Position numbers and translations under genes: made by a program
Shown here: positions 37,301 to 64,000 of the stretch, one piece after another
Numbering within the stretch: position 1 is the stretch's first letter
Layout: each line of letters starts with the position of its first letter
From: the human T2T-CHM13v2.0 reference genome, Homo sapiens
Direction: 5' to 3' (one strand)
Assembly (NCBI RefSeq): GCF_009914755.1
Contig: NC_060925.1
Length of the DNA stretch: 64,000 nt
The notes under the pieces: generated by a model
The model's input: only the letters and a program-made list of their open reading frames with translations
Databases searched by the model: none
What the model was told of the DNA's origin: nothing

Positions 37301-40300
37301 GAGTGGGGGACCCCAGGCTTCCTTCCAGATAATCGCCAGGCCCCGCGAGCCCCACCCCCACCACCACACGTGTGGGTCCCGGGCCCTCCGCGCTGTTAGT
37401 GGGGCTTCTCCACCACCCCACACCGCACACACCGAGGCTGAGGACCCAGCGGCCTTCCTTCCCCGATCCCAGCTACTCGCGTTCCCCACCCCCACCCCAA
37501 CACACGCTGGCCAAAGATACCCACCCCAGTGCCCCTCGACACCACATGCCAACCACATTCCCTCCCTTAAGGTCTTTTCGTTTCCTCTGCGATCTCAGGT
37601 CTCCCTCAAGGTGGGTTCTGGGCAGGGATCCCCCCAACTTCCTCTCCAGTTACTTAGCGTCTACCAGCAAACTGGGGGCAAAGACTTGCCCTTTCCATCC
37701 CCACCCACTCATTAGCCAGGACCCAAATCCTTCACTCACAAGTGGTCTCCTTAGGAAGGGACCCCTCGGCCCCTGTTGCCCCTCTGGTGTAAACCTCACT
37801 CCAGTCGTCCCTGTGGGCCGAGTCCCCTCCGGGTTTGGAAGGCCTCCCTCCCGCTCCTGCCCGCCCCACCCCCGTGCACCCAGCAGCTTGCAGTCACCGC
37901 TCCCCTGCTTCTGTCGCAAGGCCCCCCATCTCTCCTCCCCACTCCGTATATCCCCTTCCCTCCCCACAGGGACCCCCCATGTCCCACACCCACCCTGGTC
38001 AAAAGGGGCCCCTTCCTATGTGACTTGCCCTGTTACCCCCACCCCTACCCTTTATTCCATCAGATCCACACTGTGTGCCCTCACCAGGGTGGATGGGCAC
38101 CCCCAGGCGTGTGGGCTCATCCCCCTGTCCCCCCACAAAAACAATCTTAATGTCTCTGTGGAGGGGCTAGGGAGAGAGGGCCCAGCTCCCTCCGGCCCAT
38201 CCCTGGGTCCCACTCTGTTGGGTCTAAGATGCACAGCCACTCTCTCCCAGCCATGTGTGTGCCCAGGGGATGGGGAAGGTGCCAGTGCCCCTCCCTTTGG
38301 TAGCTTTCCCCACCTCCTGTTCCCTGTCCCCCTGCCCCTGGCTCCTGGAGAGGGAACAGCCTCGTTCCACGATCTGGGTGCTGGTCTGGAGTGGTTCTGG
38401 AAGGGGATAGAACTGGCCTGAGGCTGAGTCTTGGGGGTGAGCCAGGAGGTCTAGCCCCACCTGGCACAGGCAGCCCAGGGCTGAGGGAGGGATGCGGCAA
38501 GGCCGGCTCCCGCTTGGCTGGGCAGGAGGTGGGGGCAGACCAGGGGTGTCAGCCTCAGCCACATGCAGCTGTCAGTGCCCCAACATCAAGCCGGAAGCCC
38601 AGGAAGGGGCGTTTTGCAACTGCACTGTTTGAGAAAGGCTCTGACCCTACTCACCACAGCTTGCAGCAGCTTCTGCATTTGGCCCCAAGGCAGGGGGAAG
38701 GATTTCTGGTTCCCAGTTGCGGGTGGCTGAGGAGTCCCATACTTTCCCAAGGTCCTTCTGGGGGAAAATCAAGTCCTTGACCCCCGGCCCCTCTGAACCT
38801 CTTTGAGAAAGTCCCAGGGCCCTGAACCTCTTCAAGAAAGTCCCAGGGCGCCCACGTCCTTGGCTCCACGGTGTTTGGTTGGAGTTCTTCTAAAGTTTCT
38901 TCCCAGCAGAAGATTGGCGAGATTGGGAGAGCAGGATTTCCAGGATTCCTGGAAGAGTAACGTGAATGCTCCTGGGTGGGCAGACGCAGGGGTGGGTATG
39001 GATCACTGTCTGTCACTGCCCCCATCGGGCAGTGCAGAGCTGATTCAGACACCACGGAGATCCCTGTGCTGATAGTGCTGAGGCGCTCACCAGGTCCCTC
39101 AAACAGCCCTGTGACACAGAGCTCTTCGTCACCTTTGTGCAGACAAAGGGTGTTAAATAACTCGCCAAGACCACACAGCTAGAAAATGATAGAGCCAGGA
39201 CTGAAACCCAGGTCTGTGACTCCAAATCCCGGGCTCTTCCCCTTCCGGGTTTCCCATCACAGACATCTGCTTTCATGTTGGAAAACCTTCTCCAACACCC
39301 GCTTCCGTGTTCGTGGCGGATTGTCCATTCATGTCCCCAACCCCAGCCCCCGTCTCTCCTTTCCCCCAGAGCCTGCCTTCTCCTGGGCTTCCACAGCTTC
39401 CCTGCCACTGGCCACCAAAACAAAGATGGAGCTGTTCTGGGAGAACCCAGACACTTCAAATGAGCGGGACTTGGGAGGCTGCAGTGTGGTTGGAAGTGGC
39501 ATGCAGCTGAGGGAACAGTCTGGAAGCTTCATTTGCGCAGCAAACTCACTTTTTTTTACATAGGCTGTTTCTGGTCTAGTTTGATGAGAGGTACTCTGAG
39601 GGAGACTGAGGGGAGCTGGACCCCTCCAAGCTACCCCTTGGCACCTGCACTTCTTGCCAGGGTTCTAGGAGGGCTGATGGGGCAGGCAGGGGCCAGGAAG
39701 CTGGACCTCTAGGGAAGCAAGTGCTGCCTGCCAGGGCCCGGGTGAGGGTGGAAAGCTGCAGATTGTGTATTCAAGGAAACAACGCTTCACTGTGCCAACC
39801 GAGCCCAACCCCGCCGCCAACAGACGGGCTCTCGTGGAAGACAAACCCCCGTTCTGCTTCCGCTGTCCGAGTGGGGCTGCAGCCTCCTGGGTCCAAGCAG
39901 GGTCCTAGGATCAAAGCCAGGGCATCAGAGCCAGGGCTCTGGGGAGAGCCGAGGGCAGAGAGGAGGGGAGCCTGCCCTCCTGGGAAGCCAGTCACTAGAG
40001 CAGGAGGCAGGAGACCATGAGGTCAGCAGGAGAATGGGAGCCAGCCTTTCCTTGGGGGCCAGGAGCGAGGAACCTGGGCTTCCATCCTAGTCTGCTTGTC
40101 CTCCCTGGGCCTCAGTCTACCCACCTGTAAAAGGGGCAGGCTATCCCTCATGACCCCCAAAGGTCCTTCAGCCCTGACCTGCGTATGTCTGAGGGGTCCT
40201 GAGCCCTTCTGGATATTGGAACTGCCTTCCAGGGCCTTCTGGTCCACCCCTCCGTGTTGATTCAGCAGGTACTTCCTGAGGCTGGAGATCGAGGGGGAAG

Positions 40301-42190
40301 AGAGGGGATGGGGGAAGATAGACAGACTGTCAGCCATCACTGGTCTCACACCTAGAGTCATTCAGGTTCCTCCTGAGAGAGACCTGAAGGGTTGACTCCA
40401 ACCCCTCTCCCCATTTGACAGAAGAGGGAACCAAGACCCAGAAAGATGTGGCGGTGACTTGCTCGGGGTTACGGAGAGGTTCTCAGTGAGGCTGAAACCT
40501 TGTATGATGAGGAGAGTGGTCCCGGTGTCTCAGGGTGGGGCTCCGAGGACATGACACACTTAGAGTTCTGGGCCAGTGCCAGGCACAAGGAGGCTCTGCG
40601 TCTCCCTGGCCCTCGCAGCCAGGACTCTCCATCCCCGTCTCCGTGCGGCCTCAGGCTACGTCCAGCATCTCTGATCCCCCAGCTGCTCCCTCCCTCTCTT
40701 TGCTCCTCCAGGGCTGGCTCTGGAACCCTCCTGTCAGAGAGGCAAAGAGAATGGCCCTGGAGAGCCTCGGGAGTGCCCACCCCTGGGCTGACAACAGCCT
40801 AGCGGGGGCTCTGGAGGGTTTTGTAAGTTGAGACCTGCTGGAAAGGTAGGCAGCCGTGTAATTCTGAACCTGCCGTGGAATCTGAGGACGATGCCCTAGA
40901 TCCCTGTCTCCCGCCTAGCACAGCCTTGCAGGCCCTGTCCCCACTGTCATCCCCAGCCACTTCATCTCAGGACACCTTACGTCAGAGAGGCAGGCTTTCC
41001 TTTCCTTCTGGCCAGCTCTTCCCTGCACAAGCTCTGGAAGCCTCCCGCCCTCTTCTCCACACCTCCACCTCCAGGGGACACACCTCTCCCAGGAGCCCTT
41101 CCTGGACGCAGTCAGCAGGGCCTCTGGAGTCTGCAGCCCTGGGTTTGAATACAGCTGTGGGCTGTGGAGCCCTTCTGAGCTTTTGTTCCTCACGCTGGAA
41201 CAGCGGGGACAGGGGGACCCACGTTACAGGGTTGTTGTATGGCGCTTAGCCCAGTGCTTGGCACAGAGCAAGTCGTTACTAAATGACTGTCACCGCCATC
41301 CCCAGCTCAGCATACACCCTCTCCTGGGCCCCTCATAGGGCCCTGGCAGTGGTCATTGCGGCTGGCTCAGAGGCAGCTCCACAGTGCCCACTGGCTGCCT
41401 CCACTTAACCACCAGCGGAGCTTCCAGGTCTGCCAGGTTGTCGACAACCCTTTGCTTTGGGCCCTAGTGACAGGACGCAGGGTTAGAGCCCTCCTTCTCT
41501 CCTGCTGAACAGCCACTCTGATTGACAGCTACATATGGCTTTGATAAATAACAAAAAGGGAGAAATGAATTCATTATCACCTAGTTTCAGGGAAGGCAGG
41601 TGGCACAAAAAAGGGGAGAGCAAACAACAGCTCTGGAGGGTGCACAATGGGGATTCCCGTCTGCCACCACCCAGCTGGGTTGCTCCAGGCAAGGGACTCA
41701 GCATCTCTGAGCCTCAGTTTCCCCTGGGGCTCAAGAACCTACCTGGTAAAGTTCTGAGGATTAGGTATAAAAACACCCTGAGTCTTTGTGACGAGCCCAT
41801 CATGGTGTCTGGGCTGTTTGCATGATAGATGATGTTTTTGAAAAATACAAGGTTCTCGTATGTGATCATTCTTCCAACAGATATTAAGTTTTTGCGCTAC
41901 AAGATCCAGAGAATTAAATGAATCAAGTTCCTGCCCTCAAGAGGCTTATAGCCTTATATAGAACAAACATGTATAGAGGTTTGGGGATAGAGAGGATTGC
42001 ACCCACAAGGCTAGCAATGGAAGGTTTTTTTCTTTATTTCTGCCATGATTACCGAAAGCTCTCATGAATGACACCATGCTGATGTTCTCTTTGTAGCCAG
42101 CCCCCTGCCTCTATGCCCCCTCCTTGTTAAACAGAGCCACTAGTTCTAGCCATTCCTGGAGGAGCCTATGCATATTATTTAGAGAACTGA

Positions 42191-49320
<7,130 letters not shown>

Positions 49321-50451
49321 ATTTTGGCCAGGTGCGGTGGCTCACACCTGTAATCTCAGCACTTTGGGAGGCCGAGGCGGACGGATCATGAGGTCAGGAG
49401 ATCGAAACCATCCTGGCTAACACGGTGAAACCCCATCTCTACTAAAAATACAAAAAATTAGCCGAGCGTGGTGGCGGGCACCTGTAGTCGCAGCTACTCA
49501 GGAGGCTGAGGCAGGAGAATGGAGTGAACCCAGGAGGCAGAGCTTGCAGTGAGCCAAGATTGCGCCACTGCACTCCAGCCTGGGCGACAGAGCGAGACTC
49601 CGTCTCAAAAAAATAAAAATAAAAAGAGATGCTGCATTTTGTGGCTGAGGAGCCCAGGCAATTTGGCTTCAGAGCCTGACTGTCATCGCTGACCTTGGGA
49701 GCCCAGGGTCAGAAAGCGGCAGGGCTTTGCTTTCCTGGGGGGCACTGAGGAGGGGAGTCCTCGTGACTTGGCTCAGGAAAGACTGAGTCCCTCACCAGGT
49801 GCTCCTGCACAGCCCCACGGTCATGTGGCGCCCGCCCAGCCCTCTACCAGGCAGCAAACAGGGACCAGAGATGGCAGGAGGCGCCTCCGCTGTGCCCCCC
49901 AGAACCCCTCCAGCTCCAGGTGGAGGCTGGACCACAGCAGCTTTGGCCTGCCTGACCCTCTGAGTCCCACACCTTCTACTGTCACAGAGGTGGCCACTGC
50001 CCACAGGGGCTGCTGGCCCATCCACCTCCACCCCAACCCTCATCCATCAGTGGGGCAGAAGCCGCAGGACCCTGTGTTCCCTCCAGGGCTCCCAAGACCC
50101 ATCTTTGCTGTGTCACTTTCAACCACTGACTCACTGGCTCGTGAACTATTTATACCCCTCGCACAAATGCTCCCCTTGTGCTCCAGGCAGCCGTCTGTGT
50201 TCTGCAGCAGCCCCAGGACACGTTGGGGAGGGGCTGGGTACAGAGCAAATGTGCAAGTTTATGAGCCCAGCAGATCAAGTCTGGAAGCCCAGCTCCTTCC
50301 TTACTGCTGTGTGACTGTGGGTGGGTCACTTAACCTCTCTGAGCCTTGGTCATAAAATAAGGTTATTAGGAAAATTAAGTAAAGTAAGCAGTTCCCAGCA
50401 TAAAGACAGATCTCAGTACATGGTTGCTATTAGGTGTTCAAAGTACACCTA

Positions 50452-50921
<470 letters not shown>

Positions 50922-51650
50922 TCAAAAAGAAAAAAAAAAAAAAGAAAAACCCATGTTACCAACTCTGGGATCACTCTCCCCAGCCCCCATCTTGTCTTCC
51001 TCCTACGCTGTTCCCAGAGACCAGTAGGGCAGGTGTTTGGTTGATAAGAGAGCCCAGCTGGGCAAACAGCGCCTCGCCCTCTTTCACCAGGCTGTGTGCT
51101 CCAGGAACCAGTGGTGCCTTCCCAGCCAGGCAACAGGCAGAAAGGCCACCTAGACTCTTACTACACAGAAGCCAGTCAAGAGGGACTTGCCCCCAACCCC
51201 ACCCCTGTCTCTGCCAGGTTGTTAGTGGTAGAAAAAAAGAGAACCTGAGAGTGCAGGGCAGAGGGGAGGCATCTCTATCGCCCGATGCTTGTTCCCGGCT
51301 TCCCCACCACCCCGCCAATCTCCGCCACTCCCTGCAGGCACTGCACCACACGTCCCTGAACACACCCAGGCTGCCTCCTGCCACCTGGCCCTGCCTCCTG
51401 CCCCCGTCCTGCTCTGTGCCCTCGACAAAGGCAGAGGCCCTGCCTTAGATACCCCTTCATTTATTCACGTCTTATTTCTTCATTACACATTTTTGAGCAC
51501 CTACTGTGTGCTTTTTAACCTCCTTCCCAGTACCTAGGGCAAGCTGGGGGGCATGAAATAGACCCCCCAGTACAGAGGGTGCTGAGTAAGAAGAGTCATT
51601 TATCACATGGAAAGAGGCCGCCTTCCACACCCACGTCACATCCCCTATTC

Positions 51651-51832
51651 CAGTGCTTCTCAGCGGAGAATGCTTTTATCCTGCTGGGGACATTCGACAA
51701 TGTCTGGGAGACATTTTTAGCTGTCACAACTCAGGAGGGATGCTACTATAAACATCCCACAATGCACAGGACAGCCCCTACGGCAAGGATTTGTTCTGTC
51801 CAGATTGTTTAAGGTCTGAGGTTGAGAAACCA
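51651..51832 (+). mobile_element. MER20 DNA transposon
   Basis: cagtgcttctcagc...gggacattcgacaatgtctgg...aaacatcccacaatgcacaggacagcccc...gttgagaaacc. Confidence 0.75.
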
Positions 51833-52164
51833 TGCCCTTGCCTGCAAGGTTCTGCCATCTAGGGTGGGGGTGAGATGTCCTCCAAGTGCCCATGGAGATG
51901 CCAGTAAGCCAGCTGGTCATGGAGGTGGTGAGTGAGTGCTCAGCTCAGAGCCTGATCCACCCTGCCGTGGTATTGAGAATTCCTTCTCGGCCAGGCACGG
52001 TGGCTCATGCCTGTAATCCCCATACTTTGGGAGGCCGAGGTGGGTGGATCACTTGAGGTCAGGAGTTCAAGACCAGCCTGGCCAGCATGGTGAAACACTG
52101 TCTCTACTAAAAACACAAAAATTAGCTGGGTGTGGTGGTGCATGCCTGTAGTCCCAGCTACTCA

Positions 52165-52341
<177 letters not shown>

Positions 52342-52616
52342 TCAGCTTCCTTGTGCCTCAGGCTTGTCCAAAAGTTAGCGCTATTCGACATGCAGGAGGC
52401 TGCCAGGCCCTGTGGTGAGTTCCCCGTCATCAGAGGTAACCAAGCAGGAGCTGAGCCACATATGGGTCCTCTGCCTGGACTGAGGTCCCTTCCAACAGTG
52501 ACGGGATTTTATGGTTGGTAGGAGATGCCCTCTGATCCCCCAGTCTCCTTGCACTCAAGCCTGCGGCCTCTCTGACTGAGCCAGTGCCAAGATGTCCTCT
52601 CTTTTTGCATCTGCAG

Positions 52617-52764
52617 GTATGATGCCGGGCGGGACGGCTTCATCGACCTGATGGAGCTAAAACTCATGATGGAGAAACTTGGGGCCCCTCAGACCCACCT
52701 GGGCCTGAAAAACATGATCAAGGAGGTGGATGAGGACTTTGACAGCAAGCTGAGCTTCCGGGAG
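52617..52764 (+). CDS. EFHD2: EFHD2 exon 2: both EF-hand loops (DAGRDGFIDLME, DEDFDSKLSFRE)
   Basis: tttttgcatctgcag acceptor and GAG|gtaagc donor; 148 nt, phase 2 to 0. Confidence 0.98.
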
Positions 52765-53895
52765 GTAAGCCCGGCCCCCAGCCCCACTCCCCTACCAGGG
52801 GCTTCACCTGAGGACCTGGTGGCCCGGGAGAGACCAACCCCCACCCTTTGTCAATGAATGAATGACATTGCCATTGAACAGCAGCTGTGAGCAGCTGCTG
52901 CTTGGCTGAGTGAGGCTTCAGAGGGCCTGTTACAGCAGGCACCAGGGAGGGTTCTGAGATCCTCTCGGGGAGGAAGAGGAGGGAGGGACAGCCCTTCCTT
53001 CACATAGGGAGCATATATTGAGCGATTTCTGTATACTTGACCCTGTGCAGGCTCTGGGGTAGAGAAAGGCCCTGTGCTCGAAGGTTCCTGGAAGTGTAGA
53101 GGGGGAGACACCACAGAAGGAAATCAGGGCTGTGATGCAGAGGAAGAGGGCCACGGCACTGGGTGACTTCACGCCCAGGATCTCACTCCGAGACAGGAGC
53201 TAGGGGCAAGCCGGTTTCGCAGGGAAGGAAATGGAGGCCCAAGCCAGACAGCGATGATACTGGACCCCAGGAAGTACAGGGATGGACCCCAGGAAGCACA
53301 GGGTTAGGTGTGGGGACTCGAGGCCCAACTGGGGCCCAGGAGGTCTGGCAGGAAGCATGAAGGATGCAGGGAAGGAGAGAGGTGGCAGGGGCAGGTGGGG
53401 GAGTGCGAGTGGCTGGGCGGGAGGTGTGGGCAGTGCAGGGTAACAGCTTAGAGTTCGAGAGCAGGGTTCCATCCCTCTGACACGTTCAGGCGCTGAGACT
53501 TGGGGTGTCTTTTACTGTCATGGAGGCTCCCTCATTCTGTCATGACACCTGTAGGACTCAATACATGGAACGCAGAGTAGGTTCACTGGGCAACAGCGGG
53601 AGACAGAGGTAAGAGGTAGGCTGAGGCCGTGTCGTCGGGAGCTGGTGTGGGCGGGTCAGGGCTGCAGTAGGCCAGCATCCTGGGTGGCAGATGAGTCATA
53701 TCTCCTCCCATTGTACAGTTGGGCAGAGGCCCAGTGAAGGGGCTCACGGGAGCAGCAAGGGGCGAGACCCAGCTCACTGCCCCCCAGTCCTTCTCTGCAG
53801 GGGAGGCCTGAGGCTGGGGCCTGGGTGCGGCCAGGGACTCCGGCTCCCCTCCTTCCCTCCCTTCCTGACACCGCGCGCCTCCCTCCCCGCTGCAG

Positions 53896-54030
53896 TTCCT
53901 CCTGATCTTCCGCAAGGCGGCGGCCGGGGAGCTTCAGGAGGACAGCGGGCTGTGCGTGCTGGCCCGCCTCTCTGAGATCGACGTCTCCAGTGAGGGTGTC
54001 AAGGGGGCCAAGAGCTTCTTTGAGGCCAAG
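53896..54030 (+). CDS. EFHD2: EFHD2 exon 3 (FLLIFRKAAAGELQEDSG...KSFFEAK)
   Basis: ccccgctgcag acceptor and AAG|gtgagg donor; 135 nt, phase 0/0. Confidence 0.98.
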
Positions 54031-55338
54031 GTGAGGAGCCCAAGGGGTGCCCTGACCCACGCTCCAGGACAAGGGGACCCTGGGTTGGTGCGAAGTTAAT
54101 AGGTCCCCTTCCCGTCCCTGCTGAGGCTGCAGACAGAGATGGGAGCTGACTCCCTGCCAGGCTGGGCCAGGCCCACACGCTCTGTCTTCTGTCTTCTCCC
54201 ACTCCTGGCTGAGATCCTTGGCAGCCGCCAAGGGGGTGGGTGAGGGGGGTGTACTCTTGAAAAGGGGACAGGGATTACCTTGAGGTGCCCTGGCCCTGGC
54301 ACACAGAGCTGCTAACACAGAGGACTGGGCCTTAGGAGGGCAGGCCCAGAAACACAGCACTGGCTCTCCAGGGTCCCCGGTAGACACCAATCCCACCAGC
54401 CCCAGCCTAGGAGGAAGCCTGCGGGCTCAGAGACCACCTGCATGCATGACACCCTCCCCTTTCAGCAGGTTCTCAGATGGAGGAGACACCTGTGATCTAG
54501 TGGCTCCTGGGTCCTGCCCACCCGGGGCCCCAGCTCTCCCGCCTTGTTTCTCTCTTTCCTTGCTAAGAACATTCCTTCCAGAGACTGCCTCCCACCACCC
54601 TCTGGGCTTCGGAGCATTGGTGGAACTTTTCAGGGTTCATCAGTGGAACTGGGTGTGCCGCTGGGCTCCCCGGACAGGAAGCAGAGGATCAGGATGGCAG
54701 CAGCTTGAGCGACTCCCTTCGAGCGCCCTTGCTCTGCAGCAGCCACAGAATATAGGTTCTCTATTTCAATCCTCTCAACAACTCCCTAAGATCAGAGTTA
54801 TTGGGTGCCAGGTTCTAAGTGAGGAAACTGAGGCTCAGGAAGGTGAATGAAGTGCCTGACCCAGGGCCAGAGCTGGTGAGGTCAAGCTGTTTGTGTTGCT
54901 GGGCAGGACTCAGCAGAAGCCTGAGCCAGAAGGGACCCCAGGAAAAGCAGTCATAAGGCCGGGCGCAGTGGCTCACACCTGTCATCCCAGCACTTTGGGA
55001 GGCTGAGGCGGGTGGATCACCTGAGGTCAGGAGTTCGAGATCAGCTAACATGGCCAACATGGTGAAACCCCATCTCTACTAAAAACACCAAAATTAGCCG
55101 GGCATGGTGGAGGGCACCCATAATCCCAGCTACTCAAGAGGCTGAGGCAGGAGAATTGCTTGAACCTGGAAGGCAGAGGTTGCAGTGAGCCAAGATTGCG
55201 CCATCGCACTCCAGCCTGGGCGACAGAGCGAGACTTTGTCTCAGAAAAATTAAAGAAAAAAGAAAAAGCAGCTGTAGCACAGAGAACCCCCAACATACAC
55301 CATCCAGCCCTGACCCCCTCACCCCCATGCCCCCGCAG

Positions 55339-55470
55339 GTCCAGGCCATCAACGTGTCCAGCCGCTTCGAGGAGGAGATCAAGGCAGAGCAGGAGGAAAG
55401 GAAGAAGCAGGCGGAGGAGATGAAGCAGCGGAAAGCGGCCTTCAAGGAGCTGCAGTCCACCTTTAAGTAG
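55339..55470 (+). CDS. EFHD2: EFHD2 exon 4 CDS: C-terminal coiled coil ([15 protein letters not shown]...ELQSTFK*)
   Basis: ccccgcag acceptor; TAG ends at 55470; total CDS 308+148+135+132 = 723 nt = 240 aa. Confidence 0.98.
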   Translation, partial: VQAINVSSRFEEEIKAEQEERKKQAEEMKQRKAAFKELQSTFK

Positions 55471-57090
55471 CGGGGGCTGCAGCCGACCGCCCTGCTCTGG
55501 CCCCAGTGTGGTGGGCGAGGGTGGCGCATGGGAGGCCGAGCCTGAATCCTTGCCTGTGTCTGACGGGACCACTACTAAAAACCTAAAAATATCTGTGAAT
55601 GGAGCAAGTTCAGGGGTCTTATGGAGGTGGCCCGGCCCCTCCCCGCTCCCTTCCACTCTGCACGAGGCCGCCACACCGGCGCTGGCTCCCTGCCCGGCCC
55701 GGCCCTCCCTGGCAATCCCTGGGCTCTCTTGCACCCCTAACTGCCCCCTGCCTGCTCCGGCACTGCCCCAGGCCCAGCTCCTGGCCCTAGGTCCCTCCCA
55801 GCCCCATGTGCCTGCCGCCTGCCCTCCACACATCCCTGTCCCCCCAACCCGGGAACCCCTGCCCTCCTCCAGCAGGCCGCACCGCCCCTGGGGCCCCCTG
55901 CCAGCCCCTTCCCAGGCTGGGAGACGGCAGAAGAGATAGAATCAGGGCTGCCCCCACAGAGTGGGACCCAAGGGGCTAATTGGAGGCACGAGGGGACCCC
56001 TCCCCAGGGCCTTTTCCTCCTCTGCGTCTTCCATCTACTGAAATGGGAGAGGGGGTGGGGAGCTTCTGTTCTGGTGAAGGGACCCGGGCAGGCCCCCAGC
56101 ACCCCATGCTGACTTGGAGAACCCCAGATCTCTGGGGCCCAGCCAGGCAGGGTGTGGGGGCAGCTGTGCCAATCTACCTCACAGGCCCACCCCCTGCCGG
56201 GCATGCCGTGGGATCATGGGCAGGGAAGGCTCTGGGGGTCGGAGACACCGCTGCTTAGCACCCCCAGCCAGAACACCCTGAGGGTCTCGGGGCTCTGGAG
56301 AGAGTGGGGCGGGAGGAAGAATTGGCACCTTCCTAGGGAAGGAGACGAGCGCTTCGCCTTGATTCTCCGAGAAGCCTCCGAGAAGTGCTTTAAGTGTGTT
56401 TGCATGCGCCAGGCGGTGGGCAGCGGGGGCCTGTCCAGCCCTCTCCCGCCATCCTTCCCCAAGTGACGTCCACTGCCTTGTCACCAGCGACCTGCCTGTC
56501 ATGCCCACCCCCTGAGGAAGCATGGGGACCCTAACACCCTGGTGCCCTGCACCAGACAGGCCGTGGTCAGGCCCAGGCCACCGGCCGGGTTCTGCCACAG
56601 CTTCCCACGTGCTTGCTGACATGCGTGTGCCTGTGTGTGGTGTCTGTTGCTGTGTCGTGAAACTGTGACCATCACTCAGTCCAAACAAGTGAGTGGCCCT
56701 CGAGGCCACAGTTATGCAACTTTCAGTGTGTGTCATAACGACGTCACTGCTTTTTAAACTCGATAACTCTTTATTTTAGTAAAATGCCCAGGAGTCCTGG
56801 AAGCTACGCGGACTTGCAGAGGTTTTATTTTTTGGCCTTAGAATCTGCAGAAATTAGGAGGCACCGAGCCCAGCGCAGCAGCCTCGGACCCGGATTGCGT
56901 TTGCCTTAGCGGATATGTTTATACAGATGAATATAAAATGTTTTTTTCTTTGGGCTTTTTGCTTCTTTTTTCCCCCCCTTCTCACCTTCCCTTCTCCCCG
57001 ACCCCACCCCCCAAAAAAGCTACTTCTTCATTCCGTGGTACGATTATTTTTTTTAACTAAAGGAAGATAAAATTCTATATTCTTATGTGT
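55471..57090 (+). other. EFHD2: EFHD2 3' UTR (~1.6 kb)
   Basis: Repeat-free GC-rich sequence after the stop; variant signals ACTAAA (57056) and GATAAA (57066) followed by a GU-rich tract. Confidence 0.75.
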
Positions 57091-57262
57091 GTATGGTTCT
57101 TGATGGTGAGTGGGCAGGGAAATGACAAGGTCACCTGGGTGTGGGGACAGTGGTGTCAGAGCCTGGGAGGGAAGGGGACCTGCCCTAGTGGAGGAGGTTG
57201 GTGTTTTATGCCCAGATGCTGTCACCAGGCATGAGTCTAGGTGCTTTGTGCCTATTAACTCA

Positions 57263-63398
<6,136 letters not shown>

Positions 63399-64000
63399 GT
63401 GTAAGTTAGAATCCTCCTTCACCCCCAGATCACCGCTATGAATGGCGGGGTGCGTAGTGCTCTGAACTTTTCTATCAGGAAGGAATTCCTAAGGTGGCCA
63501 GTAGGCCCAGCTCAGAAAATGACCTTCAAGGGGAGCTCAGTATGAGTAGAGGGGAAACGGAAGACAGAATCTAACCAACCAGGCTGAGGCCAGGCCTTGG
63601 GGCGAATGGATCAAACCACATGTTCCAAGGGATGGCCAACCCCGAATGCCGGAGGCTCTGGTAGAATTTCTGCTACTCAGTGCTTTGGGCCCTCAGATCT
63701 GCCACTGACCTTGACATTCAAGTTACAGAATTGTAGAACTGAAAGGAGCCTGAAAGTCCATCTGGTCCTTTTGCCCATTTTAGAGATGGGGAAACTGAGG
63801 ACCTACAACTAAGCTGACTCCAGGAAGGAATCTGGCCAACTAAGCACCTTCCAGAGCCTGCTGCATCCCTGCCTCCAACCACAGCCCTGGAGGCAGGTGC
63901 AGGAGTGCATCAAGCCCAGGCAATTAGAAAGATGAGACAGAGAGAGAGCCAGGAAGCGATCCAATAGCACTAGAAAGGCAGAGAAGGAGCAGCATGTCTC

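Noticed and set aside
37372-38421. 349-aa Pro-rich ORF in intron 1
   Set aside because: C-rich intronic sequence, GTG start, no splice support or homology I can recognise.
55468-55476. EFHD2 stop-codon readthrough (TAG CGG)
   Set aside because: Not the UGA-CUAG motif; nothing else supports it.

Overview
Primate, almost certainly human, genomic DNA from the FHAD1-EFHD2 locus (1p36.21 by recognition of the genes, not by alignment). The + strand carries eight 3' coding exons of FHAD1 (1151-24167, including two symmetric 81- and 54-nt exons absent from the ORF track) and the complete four-exon EFHD2/swiprosin-1 gene (ATG 36721, stop 55470, 240 aa) with a CpG-island promoter. The rest is dense in repeats: about 45 Alus, a full-length solo HERV-K(HML-2) LTR5 with a 6-bp TSD, MER21 and MLT1 LTRs, hAT MITEs (MER20, MER30, MER53, MER58A, MER5A, MER3), a ~100-bp L1PA fragment, MIRs and microsatellites. 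Nearly all ORF-track entries are Alu, LTR or GC-rich noise. I see no clear-cut new multi-gene system. The best unexplained signal is a ~115-145-nt hairpin just upstream of the 54-nt FHAD1 exon whose 3' arm is repeated about 0.9 kb downstream of that exon, a possible competing-pairing splicing switch. Other leads are a stop-free 135-nt potential circRNA, a possible LTR-driven short FHAD1 isoform, and a transposon-supplied bidirectional poly(A) signal. Repeat subfamilies and boundaries were judged by eye and are approximate.
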